A stretch of DNA of 64,000 nucleotides. It comes from Ginglymostoma cirratum. Lineage: Eukaryota. This document shows positions 37,046 through 50,750 of this stretch, in pieces. The stretch lies in NCBI GenBank assembly GCA_024137785.1, contig JAHRHZ010000081.1, forward strand, positions 7,372,898-7,436,897, written 5' to 3'. Below the pieces are notes generated by a model. The model made no database searches, had not been told where the DNA came from, and worked only from the letters and a program-made list of their open reading frames with translations. How positions within the stretch are numbered: position 1 is the first letter of the stretch; every line of letters begins with the position of its first letter. The position numbers and the translations under genes are program-made.

Positions 37046-40000
37046 TTAAGAACCCTGGTGCAAACTCTGGGGCAGTGTAAATTTATAACTTACACATCGG
37101 AACACATTTGATAAGTGATTAGATTTGCAGTATAATTTGCATTTTATGCATTAAGCTAATAGTAAAGAGTGCAAATTCTGTTTCACAACTGCTTCTAGCT
37201 ACATTCTTCTGCTTTTCCCCTTGTCTCTGTTTTGGCTTCTGTGTCTGCAAAGTTCCCTTGCGCTTTGGAGCATTGCTGTGAGGGGGATACATGGAATGGT
37301 GTAGGTGATACCAGGAACAGCTGTCAGAATTCCAGAACTCAAGTCAGATCTTAAAAGGAGCAGAACATGATTGCCAAGGATTTCAGCCAACTGGAAGGAA
37401 CGTCTTGTATTAAGACATCAGCATTATACTAGTTTAATTTCAGAAATCAGGCTTTGATTATTCTCATCTGTGGCTGCACAGTAAACAAACCTCACTTTAA
37501 AATTGCTGCTGGAAGTTTTCACAATTTTATCTGCAAAAACTTTGAGTAATAAGATTTTGACTAAAAATAGACTGAATTACTTGCAGTGATGTGAGATGGG
37601 CCTTGTTAGATTTGCAAAGAGTAGGAGTTGGAAATATAATACTGCTATAAGCTGCATTTACAGGAAGTGGTGAGATGCATTTTATATAGTCAAATTGACA
37701 GTTTACCACTTCCTGCACCTCTGCTGTCAGAGGTATATCCTGTCAACCAACTTAGCTTTGTACTCTTTGTAAATTAATATTTTGTCCAAGTTGCATGTTT
37801 ACCAGGTTTACTTTCTGCCAGATTTTGCTGTCTGTAGAAAGTTAAACCACAGTGAGTGTCACACTTCAGGAAACATCGTAAATTCTTGCTAAGGAGATTA
37901 AGCATTCAGTGGTAATTACATTTTGCTTAACAAATGGATGTCAGTACTCATGAGCATTTGTTCATGTTCAGTACAAAAGTCCCATCCCAATAAGTTAATT
38001 GTTCACTGAAATGAATATTAAATTCTGATTCAGTATTCATCATCAGACAATATACATGTGAATTCTAACCTGGCAATCATGAAGATACAAGATTTGGATT
38101 GGAGTAGCATCAAATCGGTTAAACCAAGTTCCTCACTCGATTTTCTGGCGTGCTGGAGTGGTTCAGTGAGAACCTAGGCCAGGTTATAATGGCTGAGTTG
38201 ATCAACCTTAGACAGCTGAAATACAAGGTACTTTCAGTCAAACGCTAATGACCTGAACTGCAATTTGTGTCAAAGGTATCAACTGTTCTGTGCTGGCGGA
38301 ATAGCAAAAGCAGTAGAACAATGTCCATGATCGACTGACTAATCTGTGGTGGTCAATTCAGGGTAGCTGAAACTTTTTCAGGGTTCGGAAGAAAAGTAGT
38401 GTTGAAATCCATCCTAAAAGAGATGGTTCTGCGGCACAAGGAAACCAGCTGCTTCTCACTGGGGTTATGTGACCAGTGGGAGCAGAGTGTTGTTAAGCAT
38501 GATTAAATTTCTTTGTGACATAACAAGACTGTGGCTAAACCTGTGAGAGGGTTAAGTTTTGTGGATCAGAGGGAGATGAAATTGATATAGCAAGTGTAAA
38601 ATTCTGGCATGATGCAGGAAATGAATGTTATAAAAGAGTAGGAGATGCCGACAGCAGGTTTGTCCATCATTCTGAAACCCAGGGATAACATTGGAATGTT
38701 TCAGTGCTTTCTGTCAGCCAGGATGAGGATGAGAATGGCTGCCTTCAATTTTGACATCGTGCTAACTCCCGGGCTTTCCAAGACTTCTCTCCCAGTCTTT
38801 GTCAAGGCTAATGTGTGGTAAATGATGAATAAATGGAATAAAGATTTTTTGTCTTACTGTATTTTTTAAAATCAGCATTTGAATGTGAAAAACAGCAAAC
38901 CACATGATGAATGCCTTAATGTAGTATTTTAAATAATGTAGACCACGTTTGTAGGCATATTGGATTTCATAGAAATCCAGTCATTTGTCAAGCTTTTGAC
39001 GCGCTGAGACATGTACTTCTGTAATTTCATCACTTCTTGCCAGGATTTTCAAACATGGTTAATAATACTAGTTGTAATCAACATGTTTGATTCTAGCTAT
39101 TTTCTTGCAATCTGCATAGATGCTCTTTCTAATTTATATTTTTGATTGTCCAAGTTATGAGCAAAAGGTGAGATTTCTGGTTTCGTTTTGTGACCATCCA
39201 TTAAAGTGAAAATATGGTAACCTGTTCAGCTGCATCTATAACTGAACCCAAACATCTCAGTACAGCAAAAACAGATTGTATTATTGGCATTACTGTCAAT
39301 AAAATAAGTTCTCATGAGCATGTTTTCAGAATACGTTCTCGTATTCCTTCTATTTTGTGTTCTGATTACAAACATAATATTGCATTGATTAGAACTGGAA
39401 TTTCAGCAGAATGAGGGCAGTGGACTGTGATTTATCGTGAACAGTACAAGTGTCTCTGTATTTGGAGGGGGAGGAGGAAAGAGCTACTTCAGTTAGGCTT
39501 ACATATGACGTCTGGGTTTACATTTAATTTGTGCGGAGCCATTGTGTTCGTAAATAGGAAGGAGGTTCGTCTTTGTCCTTCATGGGAGCATCTAGCAGAA
39601 TCTGGCTTCATCTGTTTGACAGCTGCCAACATTTGGCAATGTTTTCCTGTTCGTTTATTTTGTAATTTTTAATTTTGAAGTATTTATCCAGTATTTCTAA
39701 GTGTAGAGTTAGTTATAATAAGACTGTTACAATTAGAAATTTATTTCCTGTTTGGAAGCTTTGCATATTTGTATTTCCTTTCCAGTTCTTAGAGGGTAAG
39801 GCTCATATTATTTGAATTATTCCATTAAGTTGTCAGAGAAGCTCAGGATAGGTGCAGATAATAGAAACATATCAATCAATGCAGTAGCACCTGAGTTTGG
39901 GGTGTGGAAAATGTGCTGTGATAGAGCAGAGGAAGAGTTAGTTTGCAGCATTTAACTTGCATGCGGGTTGCTTGCCACCTTTCCCCGCCACTAACTTTAT

Positions 40001-40364
40001 CTTGTACTACATTTAATGAGTTTAAAAATGTTTATAGTTGTCTGGTTATCTTTATTTTTGGTGACTTATGCATGAAATGGAATTGTATATGGCAGAGTTG
40101 GACCTAACCGTAGTTTGCTAGAATTAGTAATGCTCTGGAGGAGGTCTGTCCATCTCCGGGCTGGCTCTATTCAAGAATGAGAACCACATCCACACTTCTG
40201 CAGTTTCCTTATAGCCCAGAATTTTTTCCCTGTCTGCAGATTGTTAGCAAAATCTAGCTAAACTCCTCCTCCTAACTTTCTGATTTCTAAGGAAATCAAA
40301 CCCCAACATCTCCTGTCCCACCATGCGTTGAAGTTCCTCATCTCTGAATCCATTCTTGCAAATC

Positions 40365-41175
40365 ATATAATTGTAGGATTTTACAGTACAAAAGTAGGCC
40401 ATTTGACCTATCGTACCTGTATTGGATTTCGAAAGAGCCAACCAGATTGTCCTGTTCTTCAGCCCTGACTCTGTAGCCCTTTAAATTTGAACTTTCAAAT
40501 ATATATCCAGCTGTCTTTCAAAACCTTGCGTGGAATAACCCTCCACCACTCTCCCAGACAGCGCATAGCAAATTGTAACAACTCTGAGTAAACGTGTTTC
40601 TCATCATCTCACTCCAAGCTCTCTTTCTGACGGTCTGAAATTGTGACCTCTAATTACTGACATACCAACAAGTGGAAACAGAATATCCTCCTTTATTCTG
40701 TCAAAATTTTTCATAATTTTGAACACCTCAAGAAGGTCACCTCTTAATTTTCTCTACTTCAAGGAGAATAAGCCTAATTTCTCTAATCTTTCCATGTACC
40801 TAAAATCCTTCATCCCTGGTATCATTCCAGTAAATATCCTTTGAATTCTCTTCAGGGCTTTAACATCCTTCTTTAAATAAGAAGCCCAGAACGGAACACA
40901 GTACTCCAAATGTGGTCTGGCCAGTGATTTGGAGACATGTAGCATCACTTCCTTGCTTTTATACTCTAGGTCTCTACTTATAAACCCAAAAATCCTATAG
41001 GGCTTATTTTCAATTTGCCTGTTCATCGTGCATCCTGAGGTCCCTCTGCTCCTTTACTCCCCTCAAAGTTGTACCTTTAAGCCTGTCTTGTCTTTCCGTG
41101 TTTCTTCTACCAAAATTCATTGCCTTACTTTTCCCTGCACTGGAATTCATCTGCCAGGCGCCTGCTCATTTGGCC
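40365..41175 (-). mobile_element. CR1 LINE 3' part
   Basis: ORF 40754-41026: EYKSKEVML..SKSLARPHLEYCVPFW...KDVKALKRIQRIFTGMIPGM. Confidence 0.85.
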
Positions 41176-41932
41176 ACCTGACAGTGTCCTCATAGAATCC
41201 CTACAGTGTGGAAACAGGCTGTTCGGGCCAACAAGTTCGGCCTCAGAACATTCCACCCGGACCCATCCCCCTATAATCCACCTAATCTCCACATCCCTGA
41301 ACACTACGAGCAATTTAGCATGGCCAATTCACCTAACCTGCACATCTTTGGACTGTGGGAGGAAACTGGAAAATGTTGAGTGCAGATAAAATACCTTTGC
41401 TAACTTAAACCAATGGAAAAAGACATTGTATCCTAGTCAGGTAATGAAGAACCTCCTTGGATATTTTCCTGAGACTTCACTTAAAGATGTGGGCGATGTT
41501 TAATGTGAGACAAATCATTTTCAGTTTGTCTTAACTTCCATCAGTTAGTAATCATAGTGAGTCTAATTTCAGAGAATTTTAAGGTGATATGGCACAGAAA
41601 GTAGCTTTCCAGTCCATTGTGTCTGCCAGCTCTTTGAAGGAGGTAGCTAATTACTCCCACACTCCTGCCTTTTGCCTATTGCCCTGCGTTTGTTTTCCTC
41701 CAAATGATAATTTTTGAATGTTCACCTTGAATCTTTCTGCTGGTGTTCTGCTTTCACTTGCTGCAGTTACCTTTCCAAAAAAAAACTTTCTTCATCTTGC
41801 CTCTGATTTCCTAAGTACTTTAACTCTGTATTCTCTAGTGTAATGATCTTTTGCCACAGGAAGCCATTCCACCTTACAAGCAGTTACAACTGGCTGCTGT
41901 TAAGCCCATTTGCAAGTCAGAACATAATGCAG

Positions 41933-42089
41933 GATAACAAGGTGTAGAGCTGGATGAACACGGCAGGCCAAGCAGCATCATAGGAACAGGAAGTCTTGAC
42001 GTTATGATGCTGCTTGGCCTGCTGTGTTCATCCAGCTCTACACCTTGTTATCTCGGATTCTCCAGCATCTGCAGTTCCTACTATCTCTG
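41933..42089. mobile_element. Smallest family A fold-back element (50 bp arms) with a 15 bp TSD
   Basis: Arms 41933-41982 and 42003-42052, tail 42055-42087; GAACATAATGCAGGA at 41920-41934 and 42090-42104. Confidence 0.92.
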
Positions 42090-45000
42090 GAACATAATGC
42101 AGGACAACTTTTTTTTATTCACCCATGGGATATGGATGTCAACAACATCACTCTGGGTCTGGAGTCACATGTAGGCCAGACTAGGTAAAGATGGCAGATT
42201 TCCTTTCCTCAGGACATTAGTGAACCAGATGGATTTTTCTGATAATTGACAATGGTCTTGTGGTCACCATTAGACCCTTAATTCCAGACTTCTTCGTTGA
42301 ATTCAAATTCTACCATCTGCCATGGTGAGATTTGATCCCAGGTTCCCAGAACATTAGCTGAGTTTCAGGATTAATAGTCTATCGATTAATACCACGAGGA
42401 CATTGCCTCCCCAAAAGCACGTAAAGCAGCTGTTTGGAAGTATAGGAAATGTTCGTAAAGTTTTTAAAATTACATTGTTGTATGGGATCGCATTCATAAG
42501 CATGAAAATCGGGGGCCACCTGTAGTTAAATTTTTCAAAACCCTTAATGATTTGAACACCTATCAGATCTCCCCTTAATCTCTCTGGGTGCAGGGAGAGT
42601 AAACTGGGCTTTTCTCAGGTTTTTTGAAATATCAATTCAGGGGATATGAAGGCACTAGTTAGGTCAGCATTTATTGCTTGTGCCTTGTCCTGATATCATT
42701 TCAGTAAATCTTCTCTATACCCTCAGTAAGACTTTGGTCTTCTGAGACCCAAAGTGTAATATGCAGAGCTATTCGCAATTGTCCAGTTGAGGCTTAACCA
42801 ATGATTTTAGTGTTATGCTGCATTAGAACAGTAGCTTATCTCAAAAAGAATTAATTGGTGATGGACTATTTTGGGGCGTCATGTAGTGACAGAAGTAGCT
42901 GCATAAATCTATTGCTGTAAGGCATCAAACTATTGTGCAATTGGATTTTCCTTACTTGTGAAGGCTTACCCCTTAAACTTTGTTCTTCCTTTCACAATAA
43001 CTTATGACACGATTTGATGCATTCCTATTACCAAAGTAATTTCTATGACAACTCTTCCTTGCACTTCAAACAAAAAACCCAGAAGACAATGAGTTGTGGT
43101 TTGTGCTGCACATATATGGAGGTATGATGTTTCACAATGGGGAAGAAACTTGCTTTTGAAGCAGCGGGAAGCTGGACTAGGACCCCTCTGAGGAAATGAT
43201 GTGGCACTTGCAGTGATATGCTACAGCTGATCATTTTAGATTGAGAGCACAGGGTGGCTTCTCATTAGCAGAACAGCTGACTGTCACGAGTTTTCTGGGG
43301 ACTTGTTCTAACAGTTTCTTTGTAAGCATTTATTACAGAAATAGTTTTCTGCATCTTGTCCTTTGTGCAGTTGCAGTCAAATCTGTAAATCATTGTACTT
43401 GACCTTTGTGACTTCCACTGGTTTTGGTAGTCAGCAGTGTGGGAATTCTGTGAAATAGCTTGTCAACAATATAAAGAATGTTTGCAGTGTAAGGAAAAGA
43501 ATGATTCTCTTGAAATATATTCAATGGCAACAGAACAGATTTTTAACGTTAACATGTGGGTGACCTTATTGAATTATTGCTGTGTAATTTCAAATACTAA
43601 TCTTTTAGTCATTTGTGTGTGGTGCAACATTAAAATCTATGTATGATTTCATTACTTAAGAGCCTTTCTACCAGTCAAATTAATTTGAGTTTTTTTTTTA
43701 AACTGTGAAAATGTGAACTGTTAGGTGAAAGGGAAAACCAGAGGCTGCAATACATGGTTGCATTGGCTTTTTATCTCCAGTACCTTGAAACTAGCCCAAA
43801 TTGATGGGACGAAGGCCCCTTATTTTTAACCCTGATAGAAAACTATGCAGAAATGAGCTGTCATTGCAAGTTCTGGTCAGCTGACATTGTCTCTAGATCC
43901 TTACACCTTCAAGCCCCTCCTCTGAGGCATATCCCACAATGTATAGTAGAAGCATAGCAAAATGATGCAATCCATATAGGCTCAAAAAAATTGCCTCACT
44001 ATACTACAGGGCACCCCGGCATAGACTAGCAGTGTTCTATGGTTCTTGCTCTGACATTCCTTTCATTCTGCCTCTGGTAGCCATGCCTTTAAACCTCTCA
44101 TGTCTTGAACTCTGGAATTCCCAACTTAAAACACTCCACCTCATTATCTCTATTTTCCTTTAGAACACTTCTTTGACATTAGGGTTGTTCCTAACTGGTC
44201 TATACTTGTACTGTTTTCCTGGACCTGTGATGGCAGTTACATGCATGACTTGACAGAACCTGAACACTCGAACCATGCACAAGTACTGTTACTGTTGAGT
44301 CCGTCCTAATCAGCAAATGAAACAGTACAGAATTTGTACTTATTGCTGAGCCACTCCTATTGAAAACAGCTCAGTCATGCTTTTAAAAAAAGGAATTATT
44401 GTGAACAGGAATTATCTGTTCCCCATCACTGTATTTCAGTGCTGCTCTATTTGAGATCAATTAACTGGGTGGAGGAGGGATAATGCTGGGATTTTTCCCG
44501 ACTGGGTTAGTTCTACCCTGTCTCACGTCTTCACAGGTTGGTATTCCTGATGCATATGAACAAAGCTTCAAATGACATTGCCGATCAGAGCAGGGAGAAA
44601 ATGTCAATTAAAGGTCACAAATCTTAATAGACCTGGATTTCTGTAGTGCCTGTTATAGTCTTGAGGTTCCAAAGGGCTTTACGGCCAATTAAGCACTTGG
44701 ATCATTATTGTAGTTTGAAGCAAGGCAATTGATTAGCTTGCATAGCGAGCTCTCGCATGCAGCAGTGCAACAATGGATCAGATCATCTTTTTCATTGTAT
44801 CAGAGATAAAAGGTACTTTGTTGTTAAATTGATAAATGCTAACCGGGTCCTATAATAAGACCTCCCTTACTGCCAATAAGGACAAGATATGATAACAAAA
44901 CTATCATAGGCCTATCTTCCAGTTTGAGAACAGTTGTGTCTACTTCCCCTGAGGGAGCAAGAAACAGGAAGAACATGAAAGGGAATCCTCCTCTTAAATG

Positions 45001-45455
45001 TACGTAATGCGTACTCACTTTAGCAAAGGGAAGAGAAGCCTGTCAGTAATCTAATCTGACTGCTTGTGAGCTTTGAAAGCTATTGTTTTGTTGTTATTAC
45101 CTCGCATTTCAGCCACCTTCAGTTTAAGGTGACCGTTTCACAATCTCCAAGATTTCTGTGTTTTATGCAGCCACTCTGATTAACAAATCATTTTGTGATG
45201 TGATCATTCATTATAATTCTGAATGCTTAATTATTACTGGCTATTAAAAGTAGAGCAGCTGGGTTCCACTTAAATCTCCATTCTGGTTTTCTGGTATGTG
45301 CAATGACAAGTTGCCAGGTTGTCTGTATTAGTTTTAAGATCCTACTTCAACAGGAGACAGAGGAATATAAATTGACTTTTAAAAACCTATACTTCCAGGG
45401 TCTGTTGTTGAAATATAGTTTACACACCCAATTAATTTGACACTTTCTTTTGCAG

Positions 45456-45516
45456 GAATTGATTTCAAAATACGAACAGTAGAGCTAGATGGGAAGAAAA
45501 TCAAGTTACAGATATG
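45456..45516 (+). CDS. RAB8B: RAB8B coding exon 2 ([21 protein letters not shown]), 61 nt
   Basis: Acceptor ctttcttttgcag, donor GTGAGT; phase matches exon 1; RabF1 (IGIDF) and RabF2 (KLQIW) motifs. Confidence 0.97.
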
Positions 45517-47437
45517 GTGAGTACTAGTAATTTTCATTAGATAAAATTGACGTGTTGAATCAAGCATGGCTTTTTCTGATCTGAATCTGAAAACCGAGCT
45601 TACAGTCATGGATTTAAAAACAACTAAAACATTGAAATTGTTCAGATTTGGCAGCATCCCTAGAGAAAATTAATGTTTCAAGTGAATTAGAAAGGCTGGG
45701 TTCAGTTAAAGCACTTGACTGGGTGTTTGGGAGTTGGAGTTCTGTGTAGTCCTTCCACAGTGTAAGTTTTTACATTTAGTTTACCTGTCATTTAACAACT
45801 TTATCCTCTGTAAAACATGCTCCTGACAATTCAGTAAATGAAGATCTATATTCAGGAAATTTCAGTAAACATGATTCTCCACTTCCCCTGTGGAGAATTA
45901 AAGAGAAGTTTTAGTTTCAAAAAAAATCAATGGGAAAGTATTGTAAAGAAAATATTTAAGGAAATTACTGAGCTTGAGGCTTGAAACAATGGCCATAGCA
46001 GGAAGAGTTGTTATCCAGCAGTTAGCTCCTACAGACACTGGGCAACCTACCTGCACAAAGCTTTTACACTGGGTCTAGCCTAAGGCAGCAGCCCTCACAT
46101 GAAAGCTCATTGAAACTAGAGTCCCATCACAGATTCAGAGTTGAGGTGAATTGTTGCCAAAATAAGGTTTTTCTGTGTGTTGAGGCACGGCACTGAGATA
46201 TTACAGTTTATAATGCCACTTGACAGAATTGCTGCACATACATAAATATTGCATTTTCTTGTTTGAATTTCCATGGGAAATGCTTACACTGCATGTTCCA
46301 ATACAATGTGAAAGAACATGGCCTTTGACAGATTGAAAGGTATCAGGAGCAGTTGTACATGTGCCAGCAGCTTCACTATGGGTCAAGATGCACATGCACA
46401 CCTGTACCAGACTTGTTTACAGTTGGCAGCAGGAGTCTCAGTGAATTGGAAACAGTTCGTTAAATGGAGGCCCAATTAGTCTGCATCCATCACCACCAAC
46501 CTCTGCTGGCTGAAGCCGTTCTCATATCGAACAAACTTTCATTTAACTCCGTTCTCTGTCTCCACATCAAAACTGTTTCTGTGGGTACCCAGATGGGTTC
46601 TAGCTATACCTGTTTTTCTTAACATGTAGAACGTTTCTTGTTCAGTCCCTGATGACTCATTCGGGTGTTCTAGTTTTTTCCACTCTGCTGAATAGTCTTT
46701 TTTTTGATCTTTTGTCTTTGTTTGCTCTCTGTGTCCCTCTCTCTCTGTCTTAAAAGCAAAAAATCTGTTCAGTCAATCTTCTTACCACTGTTTTCAGACA
46801 TGAACTATGGCATGTGCATTTCAATAGCCTCTGACCTGGGCTTCCCTGTCCCCATGATAACCAATCTGCACAAAGTTTATGGTTGGTCATACTCGTAGAT
46901 TGTTTGACTCTTCATTCTTCCATTGTACCTTGGATTCAGGAAGGGGTCCAAAACACAGTTGTGGAATTAAACTTTGTACTTGTAACACCACCTCCTAAAA
47001 GATTTTAAAAAAAATTACTGTGGTAATGTGACACTTATAAACAGCTTATCAACCAACTTACTATTTACAACACCAGTAACATTTTCTTCTCACATTTTAC
47101 CATGAAACATTCATCTTTGCTTAACACAACATTTGATTTACTGATAAAAATATAAAATTCAGTTTTTAGGAATTTTTTGGATTAGAGTTCATTTAATATA
47201 GGCATTGTCACTGTCCTAAAAACTGTCTACGGTGAGCACAACTGCTCTTGCCCTTGTTTTCAGGTGTGGATAGCCTCTGAATGTCGTTATAATTTGATCT
47301 GAGATTTTAATTCTGTTTAATTGTCACTTTTAACACCTGCCAATTCTGCTTTGTTGGTTATGAGTGTTCATAAGATAACTTTATGATGGTTTATTATGGT
47401 GCAGATGGCTTCGATTTGATTCCTTTAACCTTTTTTA

Positions 47438-47525
47438 ACACCCGAAGACGGAGTGAGACTCCGAAAGTTTGTTTTCTCAAATAAACCCGTTGAATTATAA
47501 CCTGGTGTCGTGTGATTTTTGACTT
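47438..47525 (+). mobile_element. Third PLE-type 3' end with a degenerate hammerhead motif
   Basis: ccGAAGA-c-GGAGT(gag)ACTCC-GAAAG, then aaataaacc.gttg...tataacctggtgt.gtgtga. Confidence 0.55.
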
Positions 47526-49231
47526 CATGGGATGTGGGCGTTCCTAGCAAGGCCAGCATTTCTTGCTGTTCAACTGAGTGGCCGGCTAGGCCATTTCTAG
47601 AACATAGTTAAAAGTGAACCAAGTTGCTCTGGGGCCTGGAATTTCATATCGGCCAGATTGGGCAAGGATGGCAGGTTTCCATTCCTAAAGGCGTTTGGTG
47701 AACCAGACGGACTTTTACATGAATCTGGTGTGGTCTCTATTATTGAGGTTAACTTTATGTTCCTGATTAATCAATTGAATTCTAATTCCACCAGCTGGCG
47801 CAATGACATTTATGTGCATGTCACCTGAGCATCTAGATTGCTAGTGCAGTGACAGTACCACTACGCCACTATCTGCCCATTTCACTTGATATGTTAAATT
47901 CTGGTTTCATCTGCACACTTGGTGGATGTGAAAGATTCCAAGGCAATATTTTCAAGGATGGCAGTATTCCCAATGAGTGGTCACTTGTCACCAGTAAAAC
48001 AGATAGTTAGGTCGTTATTCATTGGTGGTTTGTAAGGACTATCTGTATATAAATTGGCTTTGTTTCCCAGGCAGTGATAATGTTCCAAGAAGTACTGCAC
48101 TGACTGTAAAATGTTCTGAGACGTTTTGACATTGTGAAAGGCACTGTACAGTGCAAGTAACACTTCCCTTTTCTCTCTTTTAATCAGAAGAAAATTGCTT
48201 TTCTGGTGATAATCTTGCAATAATTTGTGATGTCACAAAATAAACCTACATTCCACCTTTTCCATTGCTTTTCTTGATGATAACGTTTTTGACAATATTC
48301 CCCGTATGATAAGATTCTGCATGAGTTTGTTGCCAGTTTCTTGCAATCATTTCTTTATTGTATTCCTTGCTTCCAATTACAAAATGAAGAATTCACATTG
48401 TCTATCTTATCGCAAGATTTGATGTTTGCTATTGCCTGTTAATTACCTGTGTATCGCACACCCAGTTCACTTTGCCTCAAACTATTTTAGATCTTGAGTC
48501 AAAACATCTCATAATTAACAGCTGCCAATCACCAGTGATCAGTGATGAACTATAGGTATTCGCATATTAAGCTACAAGTCAAGAAATGTAATATTTAGAA
48601 CACCCACCCCACACCACCTAAACTAATTCCAGATCAATTGATCTGCCCTTGTACTGTAGGCAACTCAAGTATTGAGTATTCCGTTGAAATAGTGGACCTA
48701 AGGTAGCTTATATTGTTATGAAGTTGGAGTAAAATCCAGAAGTATTCCCACTTTGCAATGTAGTGACTGAAAGACTGGTTTTGTGGAATGACTTAGTAAG
48801 ACAAATTAAACTACCCCCAGCTGTTTAGGGCACATAAGCCTGGAGAGAGTTAGGAAATAGTTACTTGGTAAAATGGAACTTGAGTATTCCTTGAAAAAGA
48901 GATGTTTTATCAAAGGTTTGCATCTTACATTCATCAGGACGGGTACAAGAAAACCACATTTCGAAAGTGAACAACAATTTGCACTGCATGAGAAACAGGA
49001 TGCTAATAGAGTCCACTTGTAAACCCCTTGCTCAAGACATTTCTATTGCAGTGTTATTGGGGGAGAAAGTGCAGATCTTTAGGTGAAACATGTCAGTCAA
49101 CTAGTCATTCAAGTGCAATAGGCTGGGCTAAATGCTGAGAAATTAATATGATCAAGCTTCATCTTATGGAATTGATTGAGAGGGCACACTGATCAATGCC
49201 ATGGTTTTTAAAATGAAAGTGTAAAGCTATG

Positions 49232-50750
49232 GAGATAACAAGGTGTAGAGCTGGATGAACACAGCAGGCCAAGCAGCATCAGAGGAGCAGGAGAGCTTGA
49301 TGTTTCGGGCCTAGACCCTTCTTCAGAAATGGGGGAGGGGGAGGGGGTTCCGAAATAAATAGGGAGAGGGGAGGAGGCGGATAGAGGAGAAGATAGGCAG
49401 AGAGGAGACAGACTGATCAAAGAGGCGGGGATGGAGCCAGTAAAGTGAGTGTAGGTGGGGAGGTAGGGACGAGATAGGTCAGTCCAGGGAGGACGGACAG
49501 ATCAAGGGGGCGGGATGAAGTTAGTAGAGGTAGGAGCTGGGGGTAGGGCTTGAGGTGGGAGGAGGGGATAGGTGGGAGGAAGGACAAGTTAGGGAGGTGG
49601 GGACGAGCTGGGCTGGTTTTGGGATGCGGTAGGGGGAGGAGATATTTTGAAGCTTGTGAAGTCCACATTGATACCATTGGGCTGCAGGGTTCCCAAACGG
49701 AATATGAGTTGCTGTTCCTGCAGCCTTCAGGTAGCATCGTTGTGGCACTGCAGGAGGCCCAGGATGGACATGTCGTCTGAGGAATGGGAGGGGGAGTTGA
49801 AATGGTTCGCGACTGGGAGGTACAGTTGTTTAGTGCGAACCGAGCGCAGGTGTTCCGCAAAGCGGTCCCCAAGCCTCCGCTTGGTTTCCCCGATGTAGAG
49901 GAGGCCACAACAGGAACAGCGGATGCAGTATACCACATTAGCAGATGTGCAGGTGAACATCTGCTTGATGTGGAAAGTCTTCTTGGGACCTGGGATGGGG
50001 GTGAGGGGGGGAGGTGTAGGGGCAGGTGTAGCACTTCCTGCGGTTGCAGGGAAAAGTGCCGGGTGTGGTGGGGCTGGAGGGGAGTGTGGAGCGGACAAGG
50101 GAGTCACGATGAGAGTGGTCCTTCTGAAAAGCAGATAAGGGTGGGGACGGGAAAATGTCTTTGGTGGTGATGTCGGATTGCAGATGGCGGAAGTGTCGGA
50201 GGATGATGCATTGGATCCAGAGGTTGATGGGGTGGTACGTGAGGACAAGGGGAATTCTGTTTTAGTTATTATTGCAGGGAGGAGGTTTGAGGGATGAGTT
50301 GCGGGAAATGTGGGAGACACGGTGGAGGGTGTTCTCGACCACCGAGGCGGGTGGAGTTGCGGTCTTTGAAAAACGAGGACGTAAACCTCCTCCCATCCCC
50401 AGCTCCTACATACTAACCTCATCCCTTCCCCTTGACCTGTTCGCCGTCCCTGGACTGACCTATCTCCTCCCTACCTTCCCACCTACACTCACCTTTACTG
50501 GCTCCATCCCTGCCTCTTTGACCGGTCTGTGTCCTCTCCACCTATCTTCTCCTCTATCCATCTTCTATCCTCCTCCCCCTCTCTCCCTATTTATTTCAGA
50601 ACACTTTTCCCCTCCCCCATTTCTGAAGAAGGGTCTAAGCCTGAAATGTCAAGCTTTCCTGCTCCTCTGATGCTGCTTGGCCTGCTGTGTTCATCCAGCT
50701 CTACACCTTGTTATCTCAGATTCTCCAGCATCTGCAGTTCCTACTATCTC
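49232..50750. mobile_element. Largest family A copy (- arm to about 50381, + arm about 50386-50750 with tail), 14 bp TSD
   Basis: TGTAAAGCTATGGA 49220-49233 and TGTAAAGCAATGGA 50751-50764; linker and GIY-YIG region with a frameshift and a stop codon. Confidence 0.92.
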
